Shown: positions 31,395 through 32,923 of the stretch, piece after piece
Layout of the letters: every line of letters starts with the position of its first letter
How positions within the stretch are numbered: position 1 is the first letter of the stretch
NCBI RefSeq assembly: GCF_001194135.2
Contig: NW_026356536.1
Coordinates: forward strand, 48,626 to 81,548
Direction of reading: 5' to 3'
DNA from: Octopus bimaculoides
Lineage: Eukaryota
DNA length: 32,923 nucleotides
Position numbers and translations under genes: made by a program
The notes under the pieces: generated by a model
Database searches by the model: none
Told to the model about the DNA's origin: nothing
The model's input: only the letters and a program-made list of their open reading frames with translations

Positions 31395-31930
31395 TAACCC
31401 CAAATCAATCCTCATCAAGCAGACGTATAATCAAACATGTCGCAGCTGTGACCAACATATCTTTTATCCAGGCCTAGTGTATCCAGGAATACATGACCTA
31501 ATGTATGGTAATTAATATTAGTTGTTGCTGTTGTTTAGCCCCGAGTCGAGACTGATCCAGCAGACTTATAATGAAAGATGTTTCAGCATTGACCATCCCA
31601 TCCTTTATCCAAAGTGTATCTTGGACAACATTATCTAATGTATATGTTAGTTAGTATTAGTGGCTAACGTTGTTGTTGCTGCTGTTTAGACCTAAATCAG
31701 TCCTGATCCAGACAGGCCTATAAGCCAAACCGTTCCAGCTGTGACCATCCCATCTTTTATTAAGACATAGTGTATCTAATATATAGTATAGTATTGGCAG
31801 TTATAGCTGTTTATAGTACTAGGTTAGTCTTGACTGCAGCTGTGACCATCCCGTCCTATATACAGACATAGGAAACCAATTGGAAAAACTCCAGCTGTGA
31901 CCATCCCATTTTTCATACACTGAGTGTGTC
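31395..31930 (-). repeat. Degenerate tandem array of retroposon-like 3' ends (family F) with CAGCTGTGACCATCCC core
   Basis: Five core copies; units of about 55-150 bp, several starting with (TTG)n-like runs. Related pieces at about 11070-11700, 5925-6000 and 130-255. Confidence 0.65.
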
Positions 31931-32399
31931 TAAGACAAGCGCAGTGTAGCAGTCGTGTGTTAGTTGCTAGAGAAGTTGTTTACACGCAGATCTGTGAGCA
32001 CAGAAAATTTGAATAAAAGACAAGACGACCACAGATTAAACACACTTTCAATCCTATTCAAGGTCTACTGAATTACAGTTAAGCTGGTCTAGATACAACA
32101 ACAACAATGACAATTGGTGTTTCTCTAAGTATTCTCTAAACACTTTTCTATGCCATGCCTTCAAGTACAACATGCTTTGTCTGAAAGAGGCAAGACAAAC
32201 ACACGCTTGTGCGTGGAACAATGGCTCTCGCAACCTGACAAAAGTAAATCTGTCTTTTTAAAATCGGCTGCGACCTCAGTTCTGTGTATACATACTTAGC
32301 AGCTCAATAGTTTTCGCTATAAACCACCTCAATTCCTCGACTACTCACAAGGATATTTTACACACAGACGCGCGGGCACGCATGTATAAAAATAGGACT

Positions 32400-32600
32400 G
32401 TGCATTTACTCTTTTACTTGTTTCAGTCATTTGACTGTGGCCATGCTGGAGCGCTGCCTTTAGTCGAACAAGTCAACCCCAGGGCTTATTCTTTGTAAGA
32501 CTAGTACTTATTTTTCCAAACTGCTAAGTTATGGGGGCGTAAACACACCAACATCAGCGTTAAGCAATGGTGGGGGAGACAAACACAGACACACAAATAC
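32400..32600 (-). mobile_element. SINE family A 3' half
   Basis: TTACTTGTTTCAGTCATTTGACTGTGGCCATGCTGGAGC is the reverse complement of the family A tail. Confidence 0.85.
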
Positions 32601-32885
32601 ATTCATCATCACCATTGTTGTTTAATGACCATTTTCCATGCTGGCATGGGTTGGACGGTTTCACTGAGGTCTGGAAAGCCAGCGGCTGCACCAGGCTCCA
32701 ATTTGATCTGGCAATGTTTCTACAATTGGATGCCCTTCCTAACGTCAACCATTCCGAGAGTGTAGTGGATGCTTTTTACATGCCACCGGCACAGGAGCCA
32801 ATCAGGTGGCCCTGGCATCAATCGCATTCAGATAGTGCTTTTTACGTGCCACCGGCATGGGAGCCGGTTAGGGGGCACTGTGTAT
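32601..32885 (-). mobile_element. RTE 3' UTR fragment
   Basis: (CAT)n tail, CCATGCTGGCATGG, GGATGCCCTTCCTAACG, repeated GTGCCACCGGCA modules. Confidence 0.85.
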
Positions 32886-32923
32886 GCCAGTTGGGAGGTA
32901 CTCATGGTCTTGTAGCGCAGTAC

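Noticed and set aside
31945-32100. Solo LTR (TGTAGC...TACAACA with AATAAA)
   Set aside because: No TSD and no second copy in the window.
28000-32923. KDM5 JmjN or WQPPFA exon
   Set aside because: No matching minus-strand frame with splice sites was found by eye; presumed to lie beyond the window end.

Overview
AT-rich, repeat-dense animal genomic DNA with assembly gaps. The SINE/RTE families look like those of Octopus (recognised from memory, not database-checked). One host gene is supported: six phase-compatible minus-strand coding exons (27805-27864, 26216-26278, 20222-20398, 6192-6317, 3171-3291, 1711-1775) encoding the ARID domain and downstream linker of a KDM5/lid H3K4 demethylase; the JmjN and PHD/JmjC exons are outside the window. 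The introns hold a decayed 8.3-kb Mag-like Ty3/Gypsy element with seven nested insertions, about 14 RTE LINE pieces, four tRNA-derived SINE families, two mariner derivatives, hAT-like MITEs and Penelope-like terminal repeats. Main observations: (1) a ~97%-identical inverted repeat whose arms each carry a hammerhead-ribozyme core, one in KDM5 sense; (2) two apparently independent RTE insertions at the same nucleotide of both Gypsy LTRs; (3) a 3' LTR abutting the ARID exon splice donor; (4) a mariner built from two left ends; (5) several fold-back palindromes. Most provided ORFs are repeat-, microsatellite- or N-derived. No prokaryotic features or CRISPR arrays. Repeat boundaries are by eye and approximate.
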